In this document: positions 1 through 10,313 of the stretch, in pieces
How positions within the stretch are numbered: position 1 is the first letter of the stretch
Layout of the letters: every line of letters begins with the position of its first letter
Assembly (NCBI GenBank): GCA_003252295.1
Contig: QKEV01000017.1
Coordinates: 34,931 to 98,930, forward strand
Origin: a bacterium
Lineage (GTDB): Bacteria; Patescibacteriota; Minisyncoccia; Phycocordibacterales; UBA12088
Reading direction: 5' to 3'
DNA: 64,000 nucleotides
The notes under the pieces: generated by a model
Seen by the model: the letters and a program-made list of their open reading frames with translations, nothing else
The model's database searches: none
Told to the model about the DNA's origin: nothing
Position numbers and translations under genes: made by a program

Positions 1-39
1 AAACTTCACCCCGCCCAAGCGGGGTAAACTCAGAACTCC

Positions 40-2190
40 TTACCCTCGAGCTGCTTTGATCTCCTCAGCAACATTGTTCGGTACTACAGCATAGTGATCG
101 AACTCCATAGTCATCTGACCACGACCCTCAGTCATAGAACGAAGTGTTGTGGTGTAACCAAACATCTCAGAGAGCGGTACCATTGCATTAATAGTTTGCA
201 TGTCCGTACCACGTGGCTCCATTCCCTCAATCTGCCCACGCTTACTTGAAAGGTGTCCATTGATGTCACCCATGAACTTCTCCGGAACAACTACCTCAAC
301 GCTCATAATAGGCTCAAGGAGTACAGCGCTCGCTTTCTTTGCAGCCTCTTGAAATGCCTGACTTCCTGCAATTTTAAAGGCAACCTCACTTGAATCAACC
401 TCATGGTATGAACCATCGTAGAGGTCAACAGAAACGTCTACAAGTGGGTACCCTGCAACAACTCCTCGTTCCATTGCCTCCTGAATACCTTTCTGTACTG
501 GGTTGATATATTCCTGTGGAATAACACCTCCCTTAATATTGTTGATGAATTCAAAGTGATCTTCTCGATATACGTTCTTTGCGATCTTTGCACCCTCTTC
601 AACCTCCTCAATTGGTTTGATACGAATCTTCACATGACCGTACTGTCCACGACCTCCAGTCTGCTTCACATACTTACACTCAGCCTCTGAACCCTTTTGT
701 ATGGTCTCACGGTATGCAACCTGTGGTCGACCAATATTTGCTTCAACATTGAACTCACGCTTCATACGATCAACAAGGATATCCAGATGCAGTTCACCCA
801 TACCACTGATAATGGTCTCATTGGTTTCATCGTCAGTCTCTACCCTAAACGTTGGATCCTCATCAGCTAGTTTATTCAAGGCAATACCAAGCTTCTCTTG
901 ATCAGCCTTTGTCTTTGGCTCAATACGTACCGCAACCACCGGCTCTGGGAACTTGATCTGCTCAAGAATGATTGGTGCTTTTTCATCACAAAGTGTATGA
1001 CTGGTCTTTGTCTCCTTAAGTCCTACAGCAGCCGCAATCTCTCCTGCAAACACTTTCTTAACCTCTTCACGCTTGTCTGCCTGAAGTCGTACAATACGTC
1101 CTACACGTTCCTTTGAACCGGTTGTAGTATTGTAGATATAGCTTCCTGCCTCAAGTGAACCAGAGTAAACACGGAAGAATGTGAGTGAACCTACGAATGG
1201 GTCAGTCTGAATCTTAAATGCAAGTGCACAGAACGGATCCTCATCTGATGGTTTGCGTTCCTCTTCAGCTTCAGTTCTTGGATTGATTCCCTTCACTGCT
1301 GGAAGATCAACTGGACTTGGAAGGTAGTCAACAACAGCATCAAGAACAGGTTGTACTCCCTTGTTCTTGAGGGCAGAACCACACATTACTGGGAATACCT
1401 CATTTGCAATAACTGCCTTTCGAAGGAGTTTCTTGAGCTCCTCAAGTGATGGCTCATTACCATCAAGATAGTTACTCATTGCCTCATCATCATTTTCTAC
1501 AATACGCTCAATGAGCTCGCTTCGGTACTTCTCCACATCTGCCATTAAGTTTTCTGGAATATTGTCAGACACCTCTACTTCCATACCCATCTGTCCACTG
1601 TAACGGTACGCCTTCTTTGAGAGCAAGTCTATAGCACCTTCATGTTGATCCTCCTCCCCGATAGGGATCTGCATACGCACCCCCTTCTTTGAGAGTCGGT
1701 CGAGAATAGACTGGTAGCTTCGTTCAAAAGAAGCACCTGTCCTGTCGAGTTTGTTTACAAAACAAAGTCGTGGCACATTTGCGTCATCTGCATAACGCCA
1801 GTTTGTTTCAGATTGTGGCTCTACACCAGCAACACCATCAAACACTACCACAGCACCATCGAGCACACGCATTGAACGCTGCACTTCAGCGGTAAAGTCG
1901 ATGTGTCCCGGGGTATCAATAATATTAAAACGGGTCTTGTTTGCCTGATCAGTCGGATCCTCACCAACTTTGGTCCAGAAACAGGTAATAGCAGCTGAGG
2001 TAATGGTAATACCTCGTTCACGCTCCTGTTCCATCCAGTCAGTCACCGTCTCCCCCTCATGCACCTCACCAATCTTATGGCTCATACCGGTGTAGAAAAG
2101 AATTCGCTCAGACACAGTGGTCTTGCCAGCATCAATGTGTGCAATGATACCGAAATTTCGTACTTTCTCTAATGGATAATCTCTATTCAT
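40..2190 (-). CDS. fusA: Elongation factor G
   Basis: [19 protein letters not shown] and NKLD GTPase motifs; C-terminal LRSMTEGRG; downstream of rpsL-rpsG. Confidence 0.99.
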   Translation of the reverse strand: MNRDYPLEKVRNFGIIAHIDAGKTTVSERILFYTGMSHKIGEVHEGETVTDWMEQERERGITITSAAITCFWTKVGEDPTDQANKTRFNIIDTPGHIDFTAEVQRSMRVLDGAVVVFDGVAGVEPQSETNWRYADDANVPRLCFVNKLDRTGASFERSYQSILDRLSKKGVRMQIPIGEEDQHEGAIDLLSKKAYRYSGQMGMEVEVSDNIPENLMADVEKYRSELIERIVENDDEAMSNYLDGNEPSLEELKKLLRKAVIANEVFPVMCGSALKNKGVQPVLDAVVDYLPSPVDLPAVKGINPRTEAEEERKPSDEDPFCALAFKIQTDPFVGSLTFFRVYSGSLEAGSYIYNTTTGSKERVGRIVRLQADKREEVKKVFAGEIAAAVGLKETKTSHTLCDEKAPIILEQIKFPEPVVAVRIEPKTKADQEKLGIALNKLADEDPTFRVETDDETNETIISGMGELHLDILVDRMKREFNVEANIGRPQVAYRETIQKGSEAECKYVKQTGGRGQYGHVKIRIKPIEEVEEGAKIAKNVYREDHFEFINNIKGGVIPQEYINPVQKGIQEAMERGVVAGYPLVDVSVDLYDGSYHEVDSSEVAFKIAGSQAFQEAAKKASAVLLEPIMSVEVVVPEKFMGDINGHLSSKRGQIEGMEPRGTDMQTINAMVPLSEMFGYTTTLRSMTEGRGQMTMEFDHYAVVPNNVAEEIKAARG

Positions 2191-2292
2191 ATCTGTTGAT
2201 AAAAATTGCTAAAAAAACGCGCCACGCGCTAGTGGTGCTACTATATATAATATTACCCTTTTACACAAGCCCAGTAGTGAAAAACTGTAACA

Positions 2293-2877
2293 CTACTCAA
2301 ACCCTTTAAGTGAAAGTTCACTTGAGATCTTTTTATACAACTTTTCATAACCATGATTGTTTGGATGAATACCATCAACTAGATCAGCTGAAATATCAAG
2401 TATAGAGAACATGTCAATAAACTGAATAGAGCACTGTTCAGATACTTTTTTCAGAATGGCGTTATATTTCATGACACGTTCAGTAGTGAACAGGTACTTC
2501 TCTTTTGAAATCTTTTCCACATCTACAGAGGTCACACCAACTACCGTAACCGAACCTGTCACCTCTTTTGCCTTTGTAAAGAGGTGGGTAAGATTCTCAG
2601 CAAACTCCATCTCTGTAACCTTTGGTTCACTATTTTCAACAAATAGTTTTGAGTCGTTCAGACCAATACCAAATATGACATGTTGTGGTTTGATACGTTC
2701 AAGTTCTATCTCAAACCTTTTTCGTAAATGCTTGGTATTCTCACCACACGTACCAAAGTTGTACACGTGGACATTATCGTTACAAGGAAGTGACCTACGT
2801 AGCCTCCCTACCCAACCAAGTGCGTCTTTGTCATGCGCACCATACACAATACTGTCTCCCCAAACCCCAATGATCAT
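2293..2877 (-). CDS. GDSL/SGNH hydrolase family protein
   Basis: WGDSIVYG (block I), NFGTCG (II), GLND (III), DGIHPN (V). Confidence 0.9.
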   Translation of the reverse strand: MIIGVWGDSIVYGAHDKDALGWVGRLRRSLPCNDNVHVYNFGTCGENTKHLRKRFEIELERIKPQHVIFGIGLNDSKLFVENSEPKVTEMEFAENLTHLFTKAKEVTGSVTVVGVTSVDVEKISKEKYLFTTERVMKYNAILKKVSEQCSIQFIDMFSILDISADLVDGIHPNNHGYEKLYKKISSELSLKGFE

Positions 2878-2906
2878 TGTTACTACTTGTTTATATTAAG
2901 TACAAA

Positions 2907-2938
2907 AAAATAGGAACCCCTTTCGGGGTTCCTATTTT
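2907..2938. terminator. Intrinsic terminator after rpsG
   Basis: AAAATAGGAACCCC-TTTC-GGGGTTCCTATTTT perfect inverted repeat with A/T tracts. Confidence 0.8.
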
Positions 2939-2942
2939 CAAT

Positions 2943-3413
2943 TTACCAAGCAAAATGTGCAAATGCTCTATTGGCTTCTGCCATCTTGTGTGTATCCTCC
3001 TTTTTCTTTATTGCCACACCCTCATTGTTGGCTGCTGCAATAAGTTCTTCTGCATAAAACTTTGATGCTGGACCTCCACTCTTTGCTCGTGCTGCTGCAA
3101 TAATCCATCGCATTGCTAGAGCCTGTCGTCGTTCTGGTCGTACCTCACGTGGTACCTGGTAGTTTGCACCACCAACACGTCGTGAGCGCACCTCTACTGA
3201 TGGTCCTACGTTTCGTATTGCTTCTTCAAACACTTCAAGTGGCTCCTTATCCTTCACCTGTTCCTTTATCTCATCAAGCGCATCGTAAATGATCTTTCGT
3301 GCAGTCTCTTTCTTTCCGTCGAGCATGACACTGTTGATGAACTTCTCAAGACGTCTGCTTCCATAGCGATTATCTTTAGCAATTCGTAGTTTCTTTTTTA
3401 TTGGTCGTCGCAT
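2943..3413 (-). CDS. rpsG: 30S ribosomal protein S7
   Basis: [29 protein letters not shown]. Confidence 0.99.
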   Translation of the reverse strand: MRRPIKKKLRIAKDNRYGSRRLEKFINSVMLDGKKETARKIIYDALDEIKEQVKDKEPLEVFEEAIRNVGPSVEVRSRRVGGANYQVPREVRPERRQALAMRWIIAAARAKSGGPASKFYAEELIAAANNEGVAIKKKEDTHKMAEANRAFAHFAW

Positions 3414-3416
3414 ATT

Positions 3417-3830
3417 CTATGAAGTTTTTGGTTTCTTAGCACCGTACTTAGATCGTCCCTGTGAACGCTTCTCAACACCAGTAGCATCAAGTTTACCTCG
3501 AACAATGGTATATCGAATGTTAACATCCTTCACACGACCTCCACGTACAAGTACTACTGAGTGCTCCTGAAGGCTGTGTCCCATTCCTGGAATGTATGCT
3601 GAAACCTCCTCACCATTTGTCAATCGTACACGTGCGTATTTTCGGATAGCAGAGTTAGGCTTACGAGGTGTCTTTGTTGTCACCTTCACACAAACACCAC
3701 GCTTAAACGGCGCTGGGTAGTATGTTGGTTTATTTTTAAGTGTATTGAAACCTTTACTAAGTGCCGGAACTTTTGACTTCCGCACCCTGTCCTTACGTGG
3801 TTTCTTGATAAGCTGATTTATTGTTGGCAT
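3417..3830 (-). CDS. rpsL: 30S ribosomal protein S12
   Basis: [43 protein letters not shown]. Confidence 0.99.
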   Translation of the reverse strand: MPTINQLIKKPRKDRVRKSKVPALSKGFNTLKNKPTYYPAPFKRGVCVKVTTKTPRKPNSAIRKYARVRLTNGEEVSAYIPGMGHSLQEHSVVLVRGGRVKDVNIRYTIVRGKLDATGVEKRSQGRSKYGAKKPKTS

Positions 3831-3840
3831 ATATTTCCTA

Positions 3841-3897
3841 CACCGCGTCCCTCACTAGGTGTGCCCTAGAGCAACTATCTCAGTGAGATACACAGTG
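3841..3897 (-). promoter_or_regulatory. Structured rpsL 5' leader (three-way junction candidate)
   Basis: Minus strand: closing stem CACUGUGU/ACGCGGUG enclosing hairpins AUCUC-ACU-GAGAU and CUCUAGG/CCUAGUGAG, ending 10 nt before the ATG. Confidence 0.4.
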
Positions 3898-3934
3898 GCA
3901 GTACTGTACTATGTTAGTGAAAATAATGCAAGCC

Positions 3935-4336
3935 CTATGCACTATCTTTATAAAGTTCTTGTAACTTATGAACTGCCTCCTCCACAGTGGGAACAACAAG
4001 TCCACTCTTCTTCACAAAATCAATAGACCATCTTGGTTCTCTATCATCAGGATAAATAATTACCATCCTTTTTGACTGCTCACCTGGAGTTTTGGTACTT
4101 AACCTAAGAAAGTAACCAATTTCAATCCATGTCCCTTCTGATGGTTTTGTACCTACGTTTGCAACCAGAAAATCTGCACTCGAAACTGCTTCTAGGTCCT
4201 GTGGAAAGTAAGTGTCGGGGGATGATTGATCTGAGTCGATATCTGGATCATAAAAAACAAACCCATTCAAATCAGCAAAAGCACTTCTCCAAGGATCATA
4301 CTTGTTTGGTTGTCCTGCCAAGTACACTTTTTTCAT
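3935..4336 (-). CDS. Nucleoside 2-deoxyribosyltransferase-like protein
   Basis: KVYLAG, D-rich segment, ADFLVAN, SEGTWIEIGY (catalytic Glu motif); start moved to ATG 4336, 7 nt after TATACT. Confidence 0.75.
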   Translation of the reverse strand: MKKVYLAGQPNKYDPWRSAFADLNGFVFYDPDIDSDQSSPDTYFPQDLEAVSSADFLVANVGTKPSEGTWIEIGYFLRLSTKTPGEQSKRMVIIYPDDREPRWSIDFVKKSGLVVPTVEEAVHKLQELYKDSA

Positions 4337-4408
4337 ACAACCCAGTATACACAAAAGACCCATACGGGTCTTTTGTGCTCCACAGTTCTAAACTACTCTC
4401 TCTAAACT

Positions 4409-5542
4409 CTAGTGATCGTGATTGCAGTGTTCATCATGCACATGCTTGTCCTCCGTAACTTCAGTGGAGGAGGAAGCTTTCTTCTCCTCTGACTTCTTCC
4501 CCTCAAGCATGTCAAAGACGAGCTCATTAGTCATTTGTGCCGCTACATATATCGCCACTGACTCTTCATTTGCATCCGGGTAGTGTTCTTTAATGTGAGC
4601 AACTTCACGTGCAAGCTTCTCAGTATCTGGCTTAACACCCTCCTTCTTTGCTATCTCGTTAAAAATAAGTTGCAACTTCGCCCTCTTCTCAGCATCCGGA
4701 CGCCACTCTTTACGAAGATCATCCATAGTTTTCTTAATCTGTTCAAGATATGCATCGAGCTCCAAACCTGAGCGAGTTACTCTGTCAGTGAAACTTGCAA
4801 CCATCTGATCTATCTCACCCTCAACAAAGAGACTCGGTACCTCGAGTTTACTCTTTTTGATCACCGCCTCAGCGAGTGAAAGTCGTACTTTCTCTTTCTG
4901 CTTCTGCTCCCGTTCCATCCCTATCTGCTCTTTCATCTTTTCTTTCAGGTCAGCAAGGTCCTTGAATCCTCCAATACTTTTTGCAAACTCATCGTTCAGT
5001 TCAGGTGCAGGTGACTTCTCTTCACCTTCCTGTGCAGGAGGTGTCATCATTTCCTGTAGGCGCCTTAACTCCTTGTTAACATCCTCATCAGTTACTTCTT
5101 CCACCTTCTCTTTAGAGACCTTCTTTATTTCCTCAGCAGCGATCTTTTTGTAGTCAGGGAGTTCAACCACTGGATACACGGCACTCTTGATCTTGAAGCC
5201 AACAGGGTTTCCCGGTGCAAGCTTTGTAATAGTAACCATTGGTCGCCCGACAACATCAAGTTTCTTATCAGTAACAATGTCCGCATAGGTTTTTCCAAGT
5301 GCGAGTTCTGCTATCTCTTTCATTATCTCACTCTCTCCAACCTGTTTTACTATCATTTCTTCAGGCACGTTTCCTTTCCTGAAACCAGGAAGTTCTATAC
5401 TCCTTTGAAATTTCTTTATTGCCTTATTTCTATATGTTTCTGCTACTGCAACAGGTATCTCACCGGTTATTTCAATTTCAGAGCCTGGTAGTTTTTCCAC
5501 CTTCACCTCTGCGTATGTTGTATCTTTTTTTTCTTCAGTCAT
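4409..5542 (-). CDS. tig: Trigger factor (short form, FKBP domain largely missing)
   Basis: LPGFRKGNVP ribosome-binding motif, PELNDEFAK; His-rich C-tail HVHDEHCNHDH. Confidence 0.93.
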   Translation of the reverse strand: MTEEKKDTTYAEVKVEKLPGSEIEITGEIPVAVAETYRNKAIKKFQRSIELPGFRKGNVPEEMIVKQVGESEIMKEIAELALGKTYADIVTDKKLDVVGRPMVTITKLAPGNPVGFKIKSAVYPVVELPDYKKIAAEEIKKVSKEKVEEVTDEDVNKELRRLQEMMTPPAQEGEEKSPAPELNDEFAKSIGGFKDLADLKEKMKEQIGMEREQKQKEKVRLSLAEAVIKKSKLEVPSLFVEGEIDQMVASFTDRVTRSGLELDAYLEQIKKTMDDLRKEWRPDAEKRAKLQLIFNEIAKKEGVKPDTEKLAREVAHIKEHYPDANEESVAIYVAAQMTNELVFDMLEGKKSEEKKASSSTEVTEDKHVHDEHCNHDH

Positions 5543-5762
5543 CCCATTAGAAATTATATTTTAGTAATTTTTTATTTGTGTACTTTTTACAATTAAATCT
5601 TGTGTAGCAACTCCCGTCTGTAATCAATAATCTCTAACGGGACGATGTATGTGCGTGAGCATAACGCGATATGTATCTAAGTGCAACACATGCGATTTAT
5701 ATCATTCAAAACAAAAGACCTTTAAAGGTCTTTTGTACTCTAAACTCACACCTCTAAACTCC

Positions 5763-6137
5763 TTACTCTACAAGCATCTGATCAAGTTCAGACTCAATAG
5801 CATTAAACTCACCATCTAGATCACTTAGTTCGGTTGTATCTAAATCATTCTCAATAGCTTCAATATCATCTGAGGTGCTGAGTGGTTCCATCTGATCTGT
5901 AGGTACTGTTACCTTATCTTCTATTTTTTGATCCATTGTAGTGTCCTTCATTTTACCTTGCTCTATGCTAGATCCCCACATATACATGAGTGCAAGCACA
6001 ACGACAACAATCGATATAACAACCCAGATAACAACCTTTTTTGAATCTCCCTTCACTCCCTGCACAGTTACTTGTTCATCCTGCTGTTCAACAGGAGTAT
6101 CTATATTTGTTGTTTCGTTTGTATGTTCTTCATTCAT
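5763..6137 (-). CDS. Hypothetical single-TM acidic protein
   Basis: One hydrophobic helix, acidic amphipathic C-terminus (STSDDIEAIENDL); followed by hairpin terminator at about 5711-5736. Confidence 0.7.
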   Translation of the reverse strand: MNEEHTNETTNIDTPVEQQDEQVTVQGVKGDSKKVVIWVVISIVVVVLALMYMWGSSIEQGKMKDTTMDQKIEDKVTVPTDQMEPLSTSDDIEAIENDLDTTELSDLDGEFNAIESELDQMLVE

Positions 6138-6162
6138 AGTTGCTGTATTATCTTATAAGAAA

Positions 6163-7329
6163 CTACTCACCAAGTTCCCAGTCCACCTTCTTTCCATTCA
6201 TGCGAACATTCGCTAGTCGTGCCTCCTCACTTGCTTCAATCTGCACCTCAAATGGTTGCATACTTGGCTCCTCAGTACAATTATCAACCTCAGTACCTGA
6301 AGTTGCTACAACATCGATAGTTATTTGTTCAGGGTATGACTCTGCAACAATTGCCATGGTTTCAATATACATACATGCTTCAACAAGTACTTCTCCTTTA
6401 TACGTATGTACACCCTCACTGTATGCATGTGTAATTATTATTGAATCCCCTTCAACCACATTTCTTTCTTTTTCATCATCGTCATCTGTAACAAAAACTT
6501 CCATTGAAGCTTTTATATTTTCAACTACTTCTTGCAACTGTTTATGCACTTCCACAATACTCTCTTTTGTGAGAGCAACTACTTCACGAAGTTCATCAAC
6601 TTGTGCTTTTGGATCTTCAGAAGTGAAGGTGTCCATAGAAACCTCACCTAGAAGCACTATATTTTCTTTAACAGAATCTAAGAGTGTGTACACCTCAGCA
6701 AGTGCCTCACGCGCTTCAGCTAAATCTACATCATGCATCTCCTCAAGTTTACTAATTCGTTCCTCAATACGTGCAGCTATCTGCTCAAGTCGATCAACAA
6801 CAGTATCCATACGGTTAACCATATTCTCGGACAATGTACTCAAGCGCGCTTGCTGCTGAACAGAGAGACGTGCCTGGTACTCCTCTTTACGTTCTTCACG
6901 TTCCTGTTTTCGTTCCTCAAGGCGTGCCTGTAGTTGTTCCTTCTGCTCTTCAAATGACGCTCTCATTTCTTCACGCTGCTGCTCAAAGAGTTCTTGGCGT
7001 TCATCTCTATTCTCTTCAAACAGTTCTATACGTTCTCGTAAGGATGTACTGGCAGCTTCCTGGAAGTCACTCCTTGCCACACCATCCTCGCGGAGTGCAC
7101 CAAATGTTTCTTTACGTTCTTCATAGAGTTCCTTTCGTTCCTCTATCTGCTCGTTAAACAGCGCTTGACGCTCATCCATGTTTGCCTGCATTTGCTCTCT
7201 AAGAGTATCTGCGTCAGTTGTTTCTTCAGCGTGTGCAATGAAAGCTAATGCGCCAAGCACAAAAAAAAGCACGATTGCCATAGCAAGTGGCACAAAACGT
7301 GCTGTTTCAACAGTGTTTTTTTGATTCAT
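6163..7329 (-). CDS. Secreted coiled-coil protein with C-terminal two-Cys beta domain
   Basis: Signal peptide ending AHA-EE, long E/R/Q-rich coiled coil; C-terminal domain similar to that of 44544..46412. Confidence 0.75.
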   Translation of the reverse strand: MNQKNTVETARFVPLAMAIVLFFVLGALAFIAHAEETTDADTLREQMQANMDERQALFNEQIEERKELYEERKETFGALREDGVARSDFQEAASTSLRERIELFEENRDERQELFEQQREEMRASFEEQKEQLQARLEERKQEREERKEEYQARLSVQQQARLSTLSENMVNRMDTVVDRLEQIAARIEERISKLEEMHDVDLAEAREALAEVYTLLDSVKENIVLLGEVSMDTFTSEDPKAQVDELREVVALTKESIVEVHKQLQEVVENIKASMEVFVTDDDDEKERNVVEGDSIIITHAYSEGVHTYKGEVLVEACMYIETMAIVAESYPEQITIDVVATSGTEVDNCTEEPSMQPFEVQIEASEEARLANVRMNGKKVDWELGE

Positions 7330-7527
7330 GATGGTTAGTTTATGTAGAGATCTGTACAAAAGCAATGTACCTCTACCTCTTGAGTATACTTCAAAAAGAT
7401 ATTTCTTTGGAACGTTTTATCGACAGTTGCTTTTATAAGGTTAATGTTTGACGGCATCACGTAACCTCATATATACCAAAAAACACCTCAAACTTAAGGT
7501 GTTTTTTGTGTAATTTGCTGCCGTGTT

Positions 7528-8076
7528 CTATTTTCCTTTCTTATCTGCAAACTTTTCGTTGTAGATATCAACGCTCTTCTTAACAATCTCAATAGCCTTC
7601 TCTCGTCCTTCATAACCATTGGTTTCCACTGGAGCTGGCTTACCCTTCAATGACTTGTAGGTCTGGAAAAAATGCTCAATCTCTTTTAGCGTATGCTTGT
7701 TAATATCCTTAAGGTCATTCACATCATCCCAACGCTTGTCATCAGCTGGCACTGCTATCACCTTCATGTCAGACTCACCATCATCAATCATATCGAGCAC
7801 TGCCACAGGACGAACTGATATGAGAATTCCTGGATTGAGTGGGAAGGTTGTTAAAACAACAACATCAAGCGGGTCGTTATCCTCCCAGTATGTCTGTGGA
7901 GCAAAACCGTAGTCAAACGGATAAGGTGCTGCTGTGTAGTTTGCTCTATCAAGCGCAATGAGTCCTGTCTCTTTATCTACCTCATACTTGTTGTATGAAC
8001 CTTTTGGTATCTCAATAATAGTGTTAATTACTTCTGGTGCCTCTTTGCCAAGTGGCACGCCATGCCATAAATCCAT
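7528..8076 (-). CDS. ppa: Inorganic pyrophosphatase (family I)
   Basis: IEIPKGSYNKYE, YGFAPQT, EDNDPLDV, DDGESDMKVI. Confidence 0.97.
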   Translation of the reverse strand: MDLWHGVPLGKEAPEVINTIIEIPKGSYNKYEVDKETGLIALDRANYTAAPYPFDYGFAPQTYWEDNDPLDVVVLTTFPLNPGILISVRPVAVLDMIDDGESDMKVIAVPADDKRWDDVNDLKDINKHTLKEIEHFFQTYKSLKGKPAPVETNGYEGREKAIEIVKKSVDIYNEKFADKKGK

Positions 8077-8124
8077 AGTTGTGCTTTGTTTACCTAGTAA
8101 GTTTTACAAAATATACTCCAATCA

Positions 8125-9486
8125 CTACGCTTTGTCTTCTTCCTTTTCTTCTACTTCTTCCTTTTCAGCATTTTCTTCAGTAGTCTCAGCACCCTCTTCC
8201 TCGGTTTCCTTCTCGATAGTTTCCTCAACCTCCTGCTGTACCTCTTCTTCAACTTTTACTTCTTCCTTATCTTCGCTAGAAGATTCATCTTCAGGTATGG
8301 TTACTGCTCCCTCGTCATTTACTTCAGCAACACTTTCACCTTGAGCAGAGTGTATATCTATACGCCAACCGGTAAGTTTTGCTGCAAGTCGAACATTCTG
8401 TCCTCCACGCCCAATAGCGAGTGATTGCTGATCTTCTGCAACCTCAACCACTGCTCGGTGCTCTTCTTCTTCAATCTCAACATCAAGCACCTTTGCTGGT
8501 GAGAGTGCATCTTCAATAAAGTGCACTTCTTCTTCTGACCACTCAATAATATCGATCTTCTCACCTCCAAGTTCACTCATAACAGTTGAAACACGCACAC
8601 CACGCTGTCCAACGAGTGCACCAACCGGGTCTATCTGATCATCTGTTGTAAATACCGCAATCTTTGATCTGCTGCCCGCTTCACGAGCAATTGCCTTTAT
8701 CTCAACTGTTCCATTCGCTAACTCTGGTGCCTCCTGTTCAAAGAGTTTTAGAAGGAAGCGAGGATGACTACGAGATACTCGTATCATGACACCTCGTGGA
8801 CCTTCCTCAACTGAGTAGAGGTAAGCACGTACACGTTCTCCCTGACGAAAACGTTCTCCTGGAATCTGTTCATCGTATGGCATGACTGCTTGTGCCCTGC
8901 CAAGATCGAGGAAAATGTTCCCCCGTTCAACTCGCTGTACTGAACCAGTAACAATCTCTCCTTCTCGTCCTTCGAACTCTCCAAGAATAGAGACCTTTTC
9001 TGCCTCACGAATTTTCTGAATGATTACCTGCTTTGCAGTTTGTGCTGCAATACGTCCAAAATCGTCTTGTGCCTCAAGTGGAAAAACCATTTCATCATCC
9101 ACCTGCACATCCTTCTTGATACGCTTTGCATCCTCAAGAAGCATGTGCTTCTCAGAATCATAACGTACACGATCATCCTCCTCGTCTGTTGGTGCATTTG
9201 GGTCAACAAGCGGACGTTCAAACTCAGTACCATCTTCATTGAACTCTGGGTACTCGGTTGGGAACCATACACGAGTATCATCAACAACAAACTTCACCTG
9301 GTAGAACTCTGTCGTACCAGTATCCATATCAAATTTTGCACGAATCACCTGTCCACGACGTCCGTACTCTTTCTTGTACGCTGTAGCAAGTGCTGTGCCT
9401 ATTGCTTCAATAACGCTCTCACGTGGAATACCACGTTCCTCTTCAAGCTCATTTAAAACGCTATTTATCACCTTTAAATCAAACAT
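8125..9486 (-). CDS. nusA: Transcription termination/antitermination factor NusA
   Basis: FGRIAAQTAKQVIIQKIREAE, S1 domain, AREAGSRSKIAV, LAIGRGGQNVRLAAKLTGW; start moved to ATG 9486. Confidence 0.98.
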   Translation of the reverse strand: MFDLKVINSVLNELEEERGIPRESVIEAIGTALATAYKKEYGRRGQVIRAKFDMDTGTTEFYQVKFVVDDTRVWFPTEYPEFNEDGTEFERPLVDPNAPTDEEDDRVRYDSEKHMLLEDAKRIKKDVQVDDEMVFPLEAQDDFGRIAAQTAKQVIIQKIREAEKVSILGEFEGREGEIVTGSVQRVERGNIFLDLGRAQAVMPYDEQIPGERFRQGERVRAYLYSVEEGPRGVMIRVSRSHPRFLLKLFEQEAPELANGTVEIKAIAREAGSRSKIAVFTTDDQIDPVGALVGQRGVRVSTVMSELGGEKIDIIEWSEEEVHFIEDALSPAKVLDVEIEEEEHRAVVEVAEDQQSLAIGRGGQNVRLAAKLTGWRIDIHSAQGESVAEVNDEGAVTIPEDESSSEDKEEVKVEEEVQQEVEETIEKETEEEGAETTEENAEKEEVEEKEEDKA

Positions 9487-9702
9487 AATCTGTGTATTTA
9501 ATTGTTTATTTAATTGTATTGCCAAAAAAGAAAAGTGCCCCCGTTCGGGGACATTCCTGACATGCATATCGTAACATAAAGAACGCATCTGTCAAACATC
9601 CACAACAAAATATCCTCATTGACATGAAACAGAAGAAAAGTACCATACATTCAGGAATAACACACAGCACACATCTTCAACACCTACCAACAAGGAGAAC
9701 AA

Positions 9703-10089
9703 ATGGACGAGAAAGTTATCGTTGTTCAAAAAAAAAGAAATGAGGGTCACATAGCTATCATTTTTGATCACCAATACCCTCATACCATTCCACCAACTGT
9801 CGGTGATATTTTGCCAATCTATGGTGTCATGTTTCTAAAAAATACTGACTTGTTGACTGGAAAAGCAAAGCAGATACAGATCACAGTATATGATGGTGTC
9901 TATGAAGTACTGGAAGTCTACACCGGTAAAGGAAATATGCTTTTACAAAATCCGACCAATAATCTCATTTCACTTAATGATGAGTGTTCTGGGTACGGAA
10001 TTGTTGTAGAAAAACAAAGGGATCTCACAGAAGTTGATATTGACTTCACTGTAGAACCCCTCTCAGACATGGTCATCTGTCTGTGCTGA
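9703..10089 (+). CDS. Hypothetical orphan protein
   Basis: TTGACA...TACCAT promoter-like site at about 9619-9647, AAGGAG SD, downstream hairpin ATCCCACAC/GTGTGGGAT. Confidence 0.6.
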   Translation: MDEKVIVVQKKRNEGHIAIIFDHQYPHTIPPTVGDILPIYGVMFLKNTDLLTGKAKQIQITVYDGVYEVLEVYTGKGNMLLQNPTNNLISLNDECSGYGIVVEKQRDLTEVDIDFTVEPLSDMVICLC

Positions 10090-10313
10090 GTAATAGCATT
10101 TCAGAGACAGCAGTTTACCCTATCCCACACATACACGTGTGGGATTTTAACTCCTACATTGTCACCATGACAACTTTGTTGAAAACATACACACACAAAC
10201 CATGCGTTCATTGGTACAATACTGAGAACGAGGGAGTTATCCCTACGGGCTGGTACCATCACAATATACTGATGTGCTTTTTGTGTAGTGAACACTGCCA
10301 GCAAAAGTAAGCA

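Noticed and set aside
10215-10285. Riboswitch upstream of pilB
   Set aside because: Small hairpins only; no match to riboswitch consensus patterns I know
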